Positions 1 to 10,270 are shown, counted from the stretch's first letter. The stretch is 64,000 nucleotides of DNA from an uncultured Candidatus Saccharibacteria bacterium (GCA_964532425.1 CAZHIA010000001.1:44889-108888), one strand, 5' to 3'. Translations and numbers: made by a program. Notes: generated by a model not told the origin, from the letters alone.

Positions 1-329
1 GCTTTCGCGCCTTCTTTGGCAGCGAATACGAAGTCAAAGACGGCGTGTTCACCGGCGAAGTCACGAACCTCGACACGTTCTATAAGAAAGCTTTCGTCCT
101 GCAGGAGTTCCTGCGAACCCATGGCGTGGATGCGGACCTGGAAGGCTCGACTGCCGTAGGGGACACGGAGAGCGACATCCCCATGCTCGAAGTGGTGGGA
201 CACCCCATAGCATTCAATCCCAATACCAAGCTCGCTGAGTATGCTCAGGAAAAAGGCTGGCGTGTTGTGGTTGAGCGCAAGGATGTCATTTACGAATTGG
301 ATACATTTACGATCCTGCCGCACAACTGA
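1..329 (+). CDS. HAD-IB family hydrolase (SerB-like), 5' truncated
   Basis: C-terminal HAD motif AVGDTESDIPML and AFNP; frame open from window start. Confidence 0.75.
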   Translation, partial: FRAFFGSEYEVKDGVFTGEVTNLDTFYKKAFVLQEFLRTHGVDADLEGSTAVGDTESDIPMLEVVGHPIAFNPNTKLAEYAQEKGWRVVVERKDVIYELDTFTILPHN

Positions 330-345
330 ACCAGTATGCCACAGA

Positions 346-377
346 GCGCCTGGAATGCATTCCGGGCGCGTTTTTTT
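346..377 (+). terminator. Intrinsic terminator
   Basis: gcgcctggaatgcattccgggcgc hairpin followed by T run. Confidence 0.7.
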
Positions 378-529
378 ATGGTAACGATGAAAAACTTGCA
401 CCGTCACATACTCCAAACCTGAATTTGGAGGGTACTGGGACTGGCTTCTGGGACAACCGGGCACATCGGAGGAGTGTCCGGTCTTTTTTAATTCCTAGTG
501 GACAGTGATCAGTGACAAGTGGACAGCCT

Positions 530-616
530 GGCGGGCTGCTGTCGCACGCCCCTACGGGAAACAGAGTTGCAGTGTAGGGGCTGCCGACCCTGCCTACCGG
601 CAGGCAGGAGGCGCCC
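530..616. repeat. GTAG-type REP doublet with nested CCTGCCT(A/G)CCGGCAGGCAGG palindrome
   Basis: Inverted REP ending cccctac plus gtagggg REP at 574; similar composite at 10054-10143. Confidence 0.7.
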
Positions 617-671
617 GCACATACATATCCTAATCTCAGAATTACAACAAACAATGTGATACAATTAACCT

Positions 672-2522
672 ATGAAAGAAAAATATCTGGTCCCGCTCCT
701 GGTGGCAGGCTGTCTCGTGGCCGCTGGACTGGCCTACGCGCTCGGAAACAAACTTATCTCGGAAATTATTTTGCAGATCGCCCTGGTGGCGGGCTTGCTG
801 CCTTTGCTGTGGAATACCGTAGTCCTTATTTTTAAAGGAAGGTTTGGTGTTGATGTGATTGCGATCACTGCTATCGCCTCATCGCTGGCTCTGCACCAAT
901 ACTGGGCTGGCGCGGTCATCATATTGATGATGAGCAGTGGCGAAGCGCTGGAGGCGTATGCCTTAAGCCGGGCTAGCAAGGAACTGACGCATTTGCTTTC
1001 AAAGGCGCCGACTATCGCTCATATTAAAACAGGCGAAGAACTTTCCGATGTGCCTGCGGCAGAAGTGCGGCCCGGTAATGTCATAGTAATCAAGCCGGGG
1101 GAGTCGTTGCCGGTTGATGGCGTGGTAATTGAAGGATCGGGTCTGGTGGATGAATCGGCCATGACCGGCGAGAGCGTGCCCGTGTCCAAACAAGTGCATA
1201 GTTATGTCAGCAGCGGCAGCGTCAACTTGGACGGAGTTCTGACGGTTAAGGCTTTAAAGCCTGCCAGTGAGAGCCAATACGAGCGGATCATTGCGCTGGT
1301 CAGGCAAGCTCAGGAAACCCGCGCTCCCATTGTGCGCCTGGCTGACCGCTACAGCATCTGGTTCACCTTCATTACATTTGCGATCGCCATTGCCGCATAT
1401 CTGGTATCGCACGACCCGGTTCGTTTCCTCTCGGTGCTCGTGGTGGCGACGCCGTGCCCGCTCATTTTGGCTACGCCCATAGCGGTCATGTCCGGCATTT
1501 CGTGGACGGCTAGTCGCGGCATTATCGTCAAAAGCGGCGGCAGCCTGGAGCGGCTCGGGGAGGCGCGCAGTTTTGTTTTCGATAAGACCGGGACCTTAAC
1601 GCTTGGCGTTCCCAAAGTGCTTGGCGCAGCCAGCAAGGAATTTGCTCCGGAAGAAATTATCTTTTTTGCCGCTTCGCTGGACCAGCTGTCCGCCCATATA
1701 TTCGCCCGCAGCCTGGTGAGTGCCGCGCGCAAGGAATTAAAGAAAGAATTGGCGTTTCCCGAGGAGTTCAAGGAACATATCGGCGACGGGGTGACGGGGC
1801 TCATTGACGGTTTGGAACATGCGTTCGGCAAGTTGAAATTTTTACAGACACTCGGATACCGCATCGATGAATTTTGGCACAGCCACTATCGCAAGGTACA
1901 GGATGACGGGCACGTGGCCGTGTATTTGGGACGGGAAGGCCGGGTAGTGGGCTGCGTGCTGTTTGCCGACGTGCCGCGGCCGGAAATAAAGAGCGTGTTT
2001 CATTCCATGCAGCACCAGGGCATTCGCCGGGTGGTCATGCTTACGGGTGACCGCCGGGCCGTGGCGGAAAAGATCGCGGCAGCGGTTGGTGTGCCGGAGT
2101 TCCGCGCGGAATGCCTGCCCGAGCAGAAGGTTGAGGAATTAAAAAAGATCCAGCAGGAATGCGGGCCGGTCGCCATGGTCGGCGACGGGGTTAACGACGC
2201 GCCAGCCCTAGCTGTGGCTGACATCGGCATTGCGCTCGGCGCCAGCGGGTCTACGGCGGCATCCGATGCGGGCGATATTGTCATTACGGTGAATAATATG
2301 GAGCGCGTGCCGGAAGCGCTCTACATTGCCCGGCGCGTCTTACACATTGCGCGGCAGGGTATCCTATTCGGTATTGGGGTTTCCATTCTGCTCATGTTGA
2401 TAGCCGCAGGCGGGTACATTCTGCCCGTGGCCGGCGCAATCATTCAGGAAGTTCTGGATGCGGTGGTAATCGTGAATGCGCTTCGGGTAAAATGGGGAAA
2501 GAGAGGGCATCGAAGGAATTGA
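672..2522 (+). CDS. Heavy-metal P-type ATPase, P1B-5-like
   Basis: TGES, DKTGT and GDGVNDAP motifs; TPCP in TM4 and QEVLD in the last TM; no N-terminal metal-binding domain. Confidence 0.9.
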   Translation: MKEKYLVPLLVAGCLVAAGLAYALGNKLISEIILQIALVAGLLPLLWNTVVLIFKGRFGVDVIAITAIASSLALHQYWAGAVIILMMSSGEALEAYALSRASKELTHLLSKAPTIAHIKTGEELSDVPAAEVRPGNVIVIKPGESLPVDGVVIEGSGLVDESAMTGESVPVSKQVHSYVSSGSVNLDGVLTVKALKPASESQYERIIALVRQAQETRAPIVRLADRYSIWFTFITFAIAIAAYLVSHDPVRFLSVLVVATPCPLILATPIAVMSGISWTASRGIIVKSGGSLERLGEARSFVFDKTGTLTLGVPKVLGAASKEFAPEEIIFFAASLDQLSAHIFARSLVSAARKELKKELAFPEEFKEHIGDGVTGLIDGLEHAFGKLKFLQTLGYRIDEFWHSHYRKVQDDGHVAVYLGREGRVVGCVLFADVPRPEIKSVFHSMQHQGIRRVVMLTGDRRAVAEKIAAAVGVPEFRAECLPEQKVEELKKIQQECGPVAMVGDGVNDAPALAVADIGIALGASGSTAASDAGDIVITVNNMERVPEALYIARRVLHIARQGILFGIGVSILLMLIAAGGYILPVAGAIIQEVLDAVVIVNALRVKWGKRGHRRN

Positions 2523-2534
2523 CTAAACCCTGTT

Positions 2535-2610
2535 GAACATTTGACCTTTGACATGTAACATGTGACCTAACTGCAGTCGGTCAATGGTCAAAGGTTACAT
2601 GTCAAATGTT
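2535..2610. repeat. 7-nt periodic inverted repeat (TTGACCT/TTGACAT units)
   Basis: catttgacctttgacatgtaac...ggtcaaaggttacatgtcaaatg; related copy at 56330-56401. Confidence 0.6.
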
Positions 2611-2640
2611 ATATTTAGAATTTACTATTCATTTACCATT

Positions 2641-3390
2641 ATGGACACAAATGCAGTTGAGGTTAATAATCTTCAAAAGGCGTACCGGACGGTCCAGGCG
2701 GTAAAAGGTATTTCTTTTACGGTCGCACCTGGCGAGATCTTCGCCCTCATTGGACCGAATGGCGCGGGAAAATCCACCACGTTGCGCATACTTGCCACGC
2801 TGCTGCAACCGACCGGCGGCAGTGCAAGTGTATACGGTTTGGATGTAGTCAAAGACGGAGCGCGGGTACGCGAGAATATCAGCTATTTGCCGGAAGAGGC
2901 GGGTGCATACAAGAATCTGACCGGGCGCGGTTATTTGGAATTCATGGCAGGCTTGTTTGCCGACGATGCCGCCAAACAACGCGAATTCGTGAAATTTGCC
3001 GAAGACATTTCCGGACTTGGGCAGCGCTTGCAGGATAAGATTAATACCTACAGTAAAGGTATGACCAGGAAACTGCTGCTGGCGCGAACGGTCATGAGCC
3101 GGCCGCGGCTGGCCATCCTGGACGAACCGACCAGCGGGCTCGACATTATCAATGCCATGGAGATTCGGAAGAATATCCAGGCTTTGAGCCGTGAAGGCAT
3201 GGCTGTACTGCTCTCATCGCACAATATGCTCGAGATAGAGTTCCTGGCGCATCGGGTGGCGATAATTTACCAAGGCACTATCCATGAAACAGGGTCGCCG
3301 CAGGATCTGAAGAACAAGTATCATGCTTCTAATCTGGAAGAAGTATTTCTGGCGATCGTTCAAAGCCAGCAAGGAAAGGCGGCTGTATGA
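2641..3390 (+). CDS. ABC transporter ATP-binding protein (NatA-like)
   Basis: Walker A GPNGAGKST, signature YSKGM, LDEPT, SSH. Confidence 0.9.
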   Translation: MDTNAVEVNNLQKAYRTVQAVKGISFTVAPGEIFALIGPNGAGKSTTLRILATLLQPTGGSASVYGLDVVKDGARVRENISYLPEEAGAYKNLTGRGYLEFMAGLFADDAAKQREFVKFAEDISGLGQRLQDKINTYSKGMTRKLLLARTVMSRPRLAILDEPTSGLDIINAMEIRKNIQALSREGMAVLLSSHNMLEIEFLAHRVAIIYQGTIHETGSPQDLKNKYHASNLEEVFLAIVQSQQGKAAV

Positions 3391-4661
3391 AGAAATTTTT
3401 TGTACTCGTCAAAAAAGAAGTTAAAGAGTTGTTGACGCCGCAAATGCTTGTGCCGCTGCTGGTCGTCGTACTGGTATTCGTATTTATTGGTAAAGTGGTC
3501 GGAAAACAGACCCAGAAGAATACCGGCGCATCACCGGTAACCGTGGTAGATCTCGACAGGAGCGCCGCCTCAAACCAGTTAATCGCCTCAGCCAGGCAGA
3601 ACGGCCTTGAACCGATTATGCACGATACCGGCGATGCCGCAGAGCTCATGCGGTCAGACCGGACAAAGTCCGCCATCGTCATCCCCGCTGGTTTTGGCGG
3701 ACAGGTAGAGTCCGGCCAGTCTGCCGATGTGAGGGTCTATACGGTAATCTCCAATTTTTCCCTGCTCGGCAGCAAGCCGTCGCAGCAGGTTGTGGCTGCC
3801 TTAAATGCGGCTTCCCTCCAGATGTCAACGCAGTATGCCGGTCGTTTCCCAGGGGCGAATGCGGCGGTATTCCGGTCTCCGCTTAAGCCCGTTGACACGG
3901 TCATTGTCGGCAGCCGCCAGGCGCAGGTCAGTCCTTCGGCAATTGCCGGCCTTATGACCGGTCAAGCCACGTTGATACCCATCATTTTGTTCTTGGTTAT
4001 TACACTCTCTTCCCAGCTCATTGCCGTTTCTATGGCCACGGAAAAAGAGAATAAGACTTTAGAAACGTTGCTGTCTACCCCGGTTAGCCGGCGCGCATTA
4101 GTGGCTGCCAAGCTCATTGGTGCTGGCCTGGTTGCACTATTGACTTCGGTGGTCTATATGTTCGGCATGCGCTACTACTTGCAGGGCATGACCGGAGGCT
4201 CTATGACGACCGGCTCAGCCGATGCGGCAACGCATGCCGCTGCTGCTGCGCTCGGTCTGACTTTTAGCGCCCAGGATTATATATTGCTGGGACTCGTGCT
4301 CTTTTTGGCAATTTTGGTCGCTCTGTCGATCGCCATCATTTTGGGTTCATTCGCTGAGGATGCCAAGAGCGCCCAGGGAGTGGTGGCACCGTTGATGGTC
4401 CTGACGCTCGTTCCGTACTTCCTGACTTTGATGGTAGATATTTCTACGCTACCCGCCGGGTTGCGGGCTGTGGTTCTGGCTATCCCGTTCTCTCACGCTT
4501 TCCTTGCTGCGCCTAATTTAATGCTTCATCATTACGGCCAGCTGCTGTGGGGGATGGCGTATCTGGCTGTACTGTTCGTAGTCTTTGTCCTGCTTGCCAG
4601 CCGGTTGTTCGCTTCGGAAAAGATTTTGACCATGAAACTGTCGTTCAAAAAACGGTCATAA
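3387..4661 (+). CDS. ABC-2 type permease (NatB-like)
   Basis: EKENKTLETLLSTP motif, several TM helices, overlaps the ATPase stop codon. Confidence 0.85.
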   Translation: MKKFFVLVKKEVKELLTPQMLVPLLVVVLVFVFIGKVVGKQTQKNTGASPVTVVDLDRSAASNQLIASARQNGLEPIMHDTGDAAELMRSDRTKSAIVIPAGFGGQVESGQSADVRVYTVISNFSLLGSKPSQQVVAALNAASLQMSTQYAGRFPGANAAVFRSPLKPVDTVIVGSRQAQVSPSAIAGLMTGQATLIPIILFLVITLSSQLIAVSMATEKENKTLETLLSTPVSRRALVAAKLIGAGLVALLTSVVYMFGMRYYLQGMTGGSMTTGSADAATHAAAAALGLTFSAQDYILLGLVLFLAILVALSIAIILGSFAEDAKSAQGVVAPLMVLTLVPYFLTLMVDISTLPAGLRAVVLAIPFSHAFLAAPNLMLHHYGQLLWGMAYLAVLFVVFVLLASRLFASEKILTMKLSFKKRS

Positions 4662-4665
4662 AAAT

Positions 4666-4693
4666 AACCCCGCACCATTTGGTGCGGGGTTTT
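4666..4693. terminator. Bidirectional intrinsic terminator
   Basis: aaccccgcacca-tt-tggtgcggggtt hairpin between convergent genes. Confidence 0.75.
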
Positions 4694-4711
4694 CATACCA
4701 GGGGACTGACT

Positions 4712-5002
4712 TCAGGATCGGATGGTTTCCAGGCGGATGGCTTCCTCGTTGAGTTCCGTGATGTCCTCTTCGGACAGCGGTAGTGCTTTTGACGCGCGGT
4801 GGATGGCCACGATTTCGCAGATGCATCTTTCCGCACTCTCAGCGTCTGTTTCGATTATACCGCTGATGATCGCGCGGATGGATGACTCGTCCGTGCTCAG
4901 GACTAGGTAGTCCAGGAGCATGTCTTTGAAGAGATTGACTTCCCCGGGGGGAAGGTTGCGATACAGCGCGGTTTCGATTTTTTGCCTGAGATCCTTTGTC
5001 AT
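4712..5002 (-). CDS. Hypothetical protein
   Basis: 96-aa ORF with AAGGAGG upstream and terminator downstream. Confidence 0.6.
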   Translation of the reverse strand: MTKDLRQKIETALYRNLPPGEVNLFKDMLLDYLVLSTDESSIRAIISGIIETDAESAERCICEIVAIHRASKALPLSEEDITELNEEAIRLETIRS

Positions 5003-5267
5003 GAATTGAAAATGCCTCCTTCGGGTCGGTGTCGAAAGTGATAATACCGAAAAAACAGGAATAAGTCAATTCATATAGTAATCTCTAATATACGAATCAA
5101 GCACCAATCCGCCCTCTGGCGGAGGCGGACGAATGCAGCACACCGTCCTTTATTCCTTAGAACGGCCAATAGTTATTCGTATATTTGCGCTGTATTCGTT
5201 ATATTCGAGATTGCTAATAAAAATCCAGGACACCGCTGTGGTGTCCTGGATGGGAGTTCGTGCACGG

Positions 5268-5444
5268 CTATAGACAGCCGCGGAACGGGTCGAACCCGTA
5301 ACTGAAGAGTGGTGGGAATGGGGCGAATCGGTGGAACAGACGATCGAATTTAAGTTGAGTCCGGAAGGTCCGGTACTTGGTCTTAAACAGCCTGAAGGTC
5401 AGGCGCAGTCCACGTTGCTCGCCTTTCATACCGCGCTGGAACAT
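5268..5444 (-). CDS. Small Arg/Phe-rich protein (58 aa)
   Basis: AGGAGG RBS before ATG at 5444; terminator hairpin 5223-5251 downstream. Confidence 0.5.
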   Translation of the reverse strand: MFQRGMKGEQRGLRLTFRLFKTKYRTFRTQLKFDRLFHRFAPFPPLFSYGFDPFRGCL

Positions 5445-5623
5445 GCGATCTCCTCCTACAGTTGGGATATATGGCAGTATATAACGGCTTTTTTCCAAAA
5501 GCAAGGGGTAATCAATAGAAAAATAAAAAGATAGAAAATAGAAAGATTGAGATTGCCATAATCTTTTGATCTTTTATTTTTCTATTTTTCTATTGTTTGC
5601 TATACTACAAATACAACCTAAGC

Positions 5624-5733
5624 GTTATCGCGAGTCCGGCGAGAGCACTGGCTCTATGACCCGGCGGCAACCCTGAGTAGCCCGGCTATTCGATGGGTGC
5701 CCCATCCAGCCCATTAGTAATGGGAAAGATGAT
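5624..5733 (+). ncRNA. SAM-I (S-box) riboswitch
   Basis: ttatc-gcgag...gagcactggctctatgacc...cggcaacc...ggtgcc-c-atcc...gaaagatga matches the S-box pattern; directly upstream of metK. Confidence 0.85.
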
Positions 5734-5747
5734 TTGATTTTGCGCTC

Positions 5748-5773
5748 AAACCCTTTCCCGCGAAAGGTTTTTT
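5748..5773 (+). terminator. Riboswitch expression-platform terminator
   Basis: aaaccctttc...gaaaggtttttt between the aptamer and the metK start. Confidence 0.6.
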
Positions 5774-5777
5774 GTTT

Positions 5778-6812
5778 ATGTACCAGAGTAAGTTCTATAC
5801 GGCCGAGAATGTGGCCCTCGGGCATCCGGATAAGGTCTGTGATCAGATCTCGGACGCTATTTTAGATGAGATTCTCCGGCAGGATTCAAACGGCCGCGTG
5901 GCCATGGAAGCGTTCGGCAGCCACGGGCTTTTGGTTCTTGGTGGCGAGGTTACGGCTGAGGCTGAGGTTGATTATGAAGCTGTAGCCCGCCGGGTTTATA
6001 GCGATATCGGCTACCATGAGCCGCTGGAGGTGTTAGTTCATATTGCTTGCCAGTCGCCGGATATTGCCCGCGGCGTGGATACGGGCGGCGCTGGTGATCA
6101 GGGAATTATGTACGGCTATGCCACGGACGAGACGCCGGAATACTTGCCGACCGGCGTGGTGCTGGCCAGGCAACTGGCGCAAGGACTGGCGGAACTCGGC
6201 CGCAGCCAGCCGGGGATTGGGCCTGACGGTAAGACGCAAGTAACTATGGAGAACGGCATGGTGTGCCGCGTGCTGGTCAGTTGCCAGCACGGCGAAGGTA
6301 TGGAACTGTCCGAGCTGCGGCAGATGCTCGTCGAGCGAGTAATTGTTCCGGTCTGCGGCAGGTTGCAGGACGGGCAGATCCTGGTCAATCCGACGGGCCG
6401 GTTCGTGCAAGGAGGGTTTGCAGCGGATGCGGGCCTGACCGGCCGCAAAATTATGGTTGATACCTATGGCGGGCTGGCGCCCCATGGCGGCGGCGCATTC
6501 TCCGGCAAGGATCCTTCCAAGGTCGACCGCAGTGCCGCGTACCTGGCGCGCTTAGCCGCCAAACATATGGTATCTGCCGGGCTGGCGCACGAGTGCCTGG
6601 TGTCGGTGGCATATGCCATCGGCCAAGAGCAGCCGCTTATGGTTTCCGCGGTTTCGGAGAGCGGGCAGGATCTTTCGGCGGCAGTGAAGCGGCATTTCGA
6701 TTTCAGGCCGCTGGCAATTATTGAACGGTTAGGCTTGCGCCGGCCAATCTATCGACAAACTGCCTGCTTCGGCCATTTTGGCCGGCCGGGTTTGCCGTGG
6801 GAAGAGTTATAA
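5778..6812 (+). CDS. metK: S-adenosylmethionine synthetase
   Basis: GHPDKVCDQISD, GAGDQG, GGGAFSGKDPSKVDRS, GHFGR. Confidence 0.97.
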   Translation: MYQSKFYTAENVALGHPDKVCDQISDAILDEILRQDSNGRVAMEAFGSHGLLVLGGEVTAEAEVDYEAVARRVYSDIGYHEPLEVLVHIACQSPDIARGVDTGGAGDQGIMYGYATDETPEYLPTGVVLARQLAQGLAELGRSQPGIGPDGKTQVTMENGMVCRVLVSCQHGEGMELSELRQMLVERVIVPVCGRLQDGQILVNPTGRFVQGGFAADAGLTGRKIMVDTYGGLAPHGGGAFSGKDPSKVDRSAAYLARLAAKHMVSAGLAHECLVSVAYAIGQEQPLMVSAVSESGQDLSAAVKRHFDFRPLAIIERLGLRRPIYRQTACFGHFGRPGLPWEEL

Positions 6813-6842
6813 AAAGAGCCCCGGGTTTACCGGAGCTAAAAG

Positions 6843-7364
6843 TCACAGCCGCGAAGAGTAGGGGCCGGGGTAGAGCTTGGCCCGAAACGTTCTCAGCAGT
6901 TCTATACGCGCGTCGAGCAGCGGCTTGGTGCCTTCAGTGGGATCAAGAAGCTTGGATGTCATGCGATCAATGAGCTGAAGCGCTTGCCGGTACTCGGGGC
7001 AGTTATGGCCAAGGAGTGCCTGCAGCATGAAGTATGAGCGGTCTTTGGCCCAGAGCATGCCCTGGCGCGCGCTTTCCAATTTGTCCCGGCTGTAGAAAAT
7101 AGTTTCCTGGTTGGTACTATCGGCCCAGGCAATCCCCGGTACGGATAGATTTACGGTGACCCGGAAGTTATCGTTCGGATGATGTGCAGGGTTAGTATGG
7201 ATGATACCGACGTGCAGTGAAATACTGAATTTGTAATCCTGGTGATTCACTCGGACCGTTTTTACATGCAAGAGTTCCGGATCCTGGCGGATGCATCCTT
7301 CCCGGACAGAGAATGTGCACGGGACTAGTTGGGCAGGGGCAGGCTGGACTGCGGCTGGCGTCAT
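6843..7364 (-). CDS. Hypothetical protein
   Basis: 173-aa ORF with AAGGAGG RBS. Confidence 0.6.
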   Translation of the reverse strand: MTPAAVQPAPAQLVPCTFSVREGCIRQDPELLHVKTVRVNHQDYKFSISLHVGIIHTNPAHHPNDNFRVTVNLSVPGIAWADSTNQETIFYSRDKLESARQGMLWAKDRSYFMLQALLGHNCPEYRQALQLIDRMTSKLLDPTEGTKPLLDARIELLRTFRAKLYPGPYSSRL

Positions 7365-7500
7365 GTTCCTCCTTGGTTTTTTGTCTCGAAAGCTTCTCTC
7401 TACCCGGTGTATGACGAAGCAATTTTGGCGCAGTTAACAGAAGAACTGGCACAAACGGAATACCGTGCTATACTGTAAACATGAATATTATCGCTTATAT

Positions 7501-8064
7501 ATGACATTTATAAAACCTTCTGCATCCGATTATGAAGGAGATGTAGGGATGACAGAGACGGAATTTGAACGGCCCGGCACCGAGCTGCTGTATAACTCGA
7601 ACGAGACTTTAAAAACCCGTGAGTCCGGACCCATTCGTTTTTACTTTGTGTTTGATACGCCCGAGCAGAAGCAGGCTGCCCGCGAGTTCTTCAATAATTC
7701 TGACGTGTTCAATTACGCGCCGTTTGCCTATATCAAAAAAGACAGTCTGGCTATGGCCGACCCCATGCAGCCAGAACGCGGGCTTGTGATTGAGTGCTCG
7801 CAGGCGCCGGCCGGGAGGCAGGCACTGCAGGAGCAGTTCGAAAGTTTTTTGCGCGGCAAGGGATGGTCATTTGCAAGCCATCCCGTGCCGCTGGAGCGGC
7901 CGCCCTTGCAGCCTTTGAGTGAACCGATCATACCGGTGGTCGTGCCTGAGACAGAACTGACAGAATCAGCTGGCGTCACTCCGATTGATCAGCCCCGCAA
8001 GCGGCAACAGTCGGAAGAACCTGGCAAGCCAAAAACCCAACAACCCCCAGGAGTAGCCGCGTAA
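7501..8064 (+). CDS. Hypothetical protein, Pro-rich C terminus
   Basis: Long ORF, TG-tatact upstream, hairpin downstream. Confidence 0.55.
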   Translation: MTFIKPSASDYEGDVGMTETEFERPGTELLYNSNETLKTRESGPIRFYFVFDTPEQKQAAREFFNNSDVFNYAPFAYIKKDSLAMADPMQPERGLVIECSQAPAGRQALQEQFESFLRGKGWSFASHPVPLERPPLQPLSEPIIPVVVPETELTESAGVTPIDQPRKRQQSEEPGKPKTQQPPGVAA

Positions 8065-8170
8065 CTGCAATTCAACCCTGGATTTGTCCTGCTGGACAAA
8101 TCCAGGGTTGTTTGGTATTCTGGGGTGACTTCGAGGCAGGCGTCAGTGTCTCAAGTGCTAAGGAGGCTGC

Positions 8171-8497
8171 ATGGAAAGAGAGTTAAAACCCGCGCATGAG
8201 GTGATCGTAGAGCTCATAGAGCAGCACTGCGCTAATATTCAGACGTTTGAAAGCGCTGCCGAAAAGCAGCGATCCGACCCTTTGCTTGACCATTTCCAGG
8301 ACATCACCCGGAATCAAAAGATCGGCGGTCTTGATGCCTTGCTGGAGGCGCTGACCAGAATGATCATCCCGCCGGACAAGCTGCCGGCAGTGGTGGAAGC
8401 ACTCAAGCGGCTGACCTACAGCCATTGCATCATCACCGATGCGATAGAAACGCTGGAACAGCGGCAGGCTGCATCGTCAGCGGTGGTGACGGCTTAG
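8171..8497 (+). CDS. Hypothetical protein
   Basis: AAGGAGG RBS, 108-aa helical-looking ORF. Confidence 0.6.
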   Translation: MERELKPAHEVIVELIEQHCANIQTFESAAEKQRSDPLLDHFQDITRNQKIGGLDALLEALTRMIIPPDKLPAVVEALKRLTYSHCIITDAIETLEQRQAASSAVVTA

Positions 8498-9465
8498 ACT
8501 GTTACCGCACTCTCAACACAAGAGCTCTGATTGTAGTCCGCCGATTCATCGGCATTGATTCTACAGTAAACACAAGAGCCGCCCCGACTCGGAAGGTCGA
8601 GGGCGGCTTTTTTAGTTGGTTGTTTTTTGGCCTTGCGCGTCACGGCGACAACCTTTTTTGGCTGGTTCGGTTTTGGCTGGCCGATTGCATAAGCATAAGC
8701 CAGAACCACTTCGGGATAGCGGTGTGGGCTGCCGTAGTAGCGGGCCAGGGCTCCGCTTGGGTTCTGCTGCCACTTGAGCGTTTGTAAAAAGTTTGCGGCG
8801 CTAAGGTTTGCATCGTCAGCGGCGTAGAGGTTGGGGGCTCCGGAGCCTTTGGCCGAAACGCCGTAATGTTCGAGCGTGTAGGGGAGGAACTGGACCAGGC
8901 CGAGCGCACCTTCGCGCGAGCCGCGCAGGGAAAAGCAGTCAGTTTGGGCGTCCCGGCAATACGCTGCCAGGGCAGCAAAGTTCATGGCAGCCCACTTCCA
9001 TTGGCGATAGGTGCGGCTGACGGCGCGCTGGTAAAACAGCTTGTAAATTTCCCAGTCGCCGAAATTCTTGCCCAGGTCGGTTTCCACGCGCACTACGGCC
9101 GTGATTGATTCGGGCGGGACGCGGAAGCGCTGGAAGGCTGTGTCGAGAGTCTGGCGATTCTTTTCCAGATATTCCTTTCCGCGGGCTATGGATTCGGGGC
9201 ACTTAAGCCGGCGCAAGAATTCTGTCCAGGAGACGAACTCTTCCTTGGGTTTTACGAGCGGAAGCGTGAGTTCGGGACGGGCGAGTATGTCGCGCCGTTC
9301 GGTATCGCCGAATTTGCGCTTTTTAAGCTCTTGGTCCAGAAAAGCCAGACGCGGATTGGCCGTCGGAGCCTTCTGGACTGTCTTGTGTCCAACCCTCTTT
9401 TGCTTGGCTGTGCCCGATGGCGCAGCAGCCAGCATCAACGCAGTGGTGAACAAGGCTAAAAACAT
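8494..9465 (-). CDS. Lytic murein transglycosylase (MltB/SLT_2 family)
   Basis: Signal peptide; VRVETDLG catalytic Glu; GSREGALGLVQFLP resembles MltB GSxAGAMGxxQFMP. Confidence 0.8.
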   Translation of the reverse strand: MFLALFTTALMLAAAPSGTAKQKRVGHKTVQKAPTANPRLAFLDQELKKRKFGDTERRDILARPELTLPLVKPKEEFVSWTEFLRRLKCPESIARGKEYLEKNRQTLDTAFQRFRVPPESITAVVRVETDLGKNFGDWEIYKLFYQRAVSRTYRQWKWAAMNFAALAAYCRDAQTDCFSLRGSREGALGLVQFLPYTLEHYGVSAKGSGAPNLYAADDANLSAANFLQTLKWQQNPSGALARYYGSPHRYPEVVLAYAYAIGQPKPNQPKKVVAVTRKAKKQPTKKAALDLPSRGGSCVYCRINADESADYNQSSCVESAVTV

Positions 9466-9809
9466 AACCTGCCTCCTTGTATGAAGGCATTGTAGCAGAA
9501 AACGGCAATGGAGTGCAGGCCGCTGGCCTGCTGATAAATAAAAAGATTCAAAAATAGAAATATAAAAAATTATAAGAACTGTAGATTATGTAGGTAATAT
9601 CTACCCTACAATTTCTTGGATCTTTCTATTGGCAGGGCACGGCCCTGCACTACAAGAACAGGGGTGCATATGAATACCACTGTAGTACAGGCCCGTGGCC
9701 TGCTCCGTGTAGGGGCAGGCAGGAGGCGCCCTCTTCTTAAAGCACCAAAAACAAATCTCAAATTACAAATAATATCCAAATTTCAAATTCGAAATTCTGC
9801 AGATTGGAT

Positions 9810-10009
9810 ATTGAATATTGTCTCCCTCCAGGAGATCTACCGCAGGTACGAGGTATTAGGAAGTAGTCTCAAAACCTCCTTATGGCGTCATTCTGAGTCC
9901 TGAGTTCGACGAAGGACGAAGAATCTCATGATCGGTAAGAGATACTTCGGTCGTCTGACTCCCTCAGTATGACGCCGGAGAGGGAGTATCCTGGTTTTGA
10001 GACCGCTTC
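9810..10009 (+). mobile_element. Composite MITE-like element, copy 1
   Basis: 200 bp nearly identical in inverted orientation to 44775-44974; internal TIR gaagtagtctcaaaacc...ggttttgagaccgcttc around a gtcattctgag...ctcagtatgac palindrome. Confidence 0.8.
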
Positions 10010-10270
10010 TAGAATAAATCTTAAAATTTGATGCTTGGGATTTGGAATTTGAACGGCGGGCAGCTGCCGCTTGCCCCTACGGGGACCAGGTCTTTGCAGC
10101 GTAGGGGCCGCCGACCCTGCCTGCCGGCAGGCAGGAGGCGTCCTCTCGCACAAAGCCTAAATCCTAAATTTTAAATCCTTAATCCGTATTGATAGCCAGT
10201 CTCTTCAAAACCCGGTACAATGAGAGCAGGCTGTGACTTAATTTTTCTAGTTTCTATTTTTCTATTTATT

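Noticed and set aside
376-654. Intergenic ORFs containing CLPVGR/PACRQAG/LPAGR (also 9926-10153, 45359-45781, 56376-56701)
   Set aside because: These are translations of palindromic repeats, not genes.
5280-5345. tRNA suggested by GGGTTCGACCC on the minus strand
   Set aside because: No cloverleaf could be built; it lies inside the SD-led 58-aa ORF.
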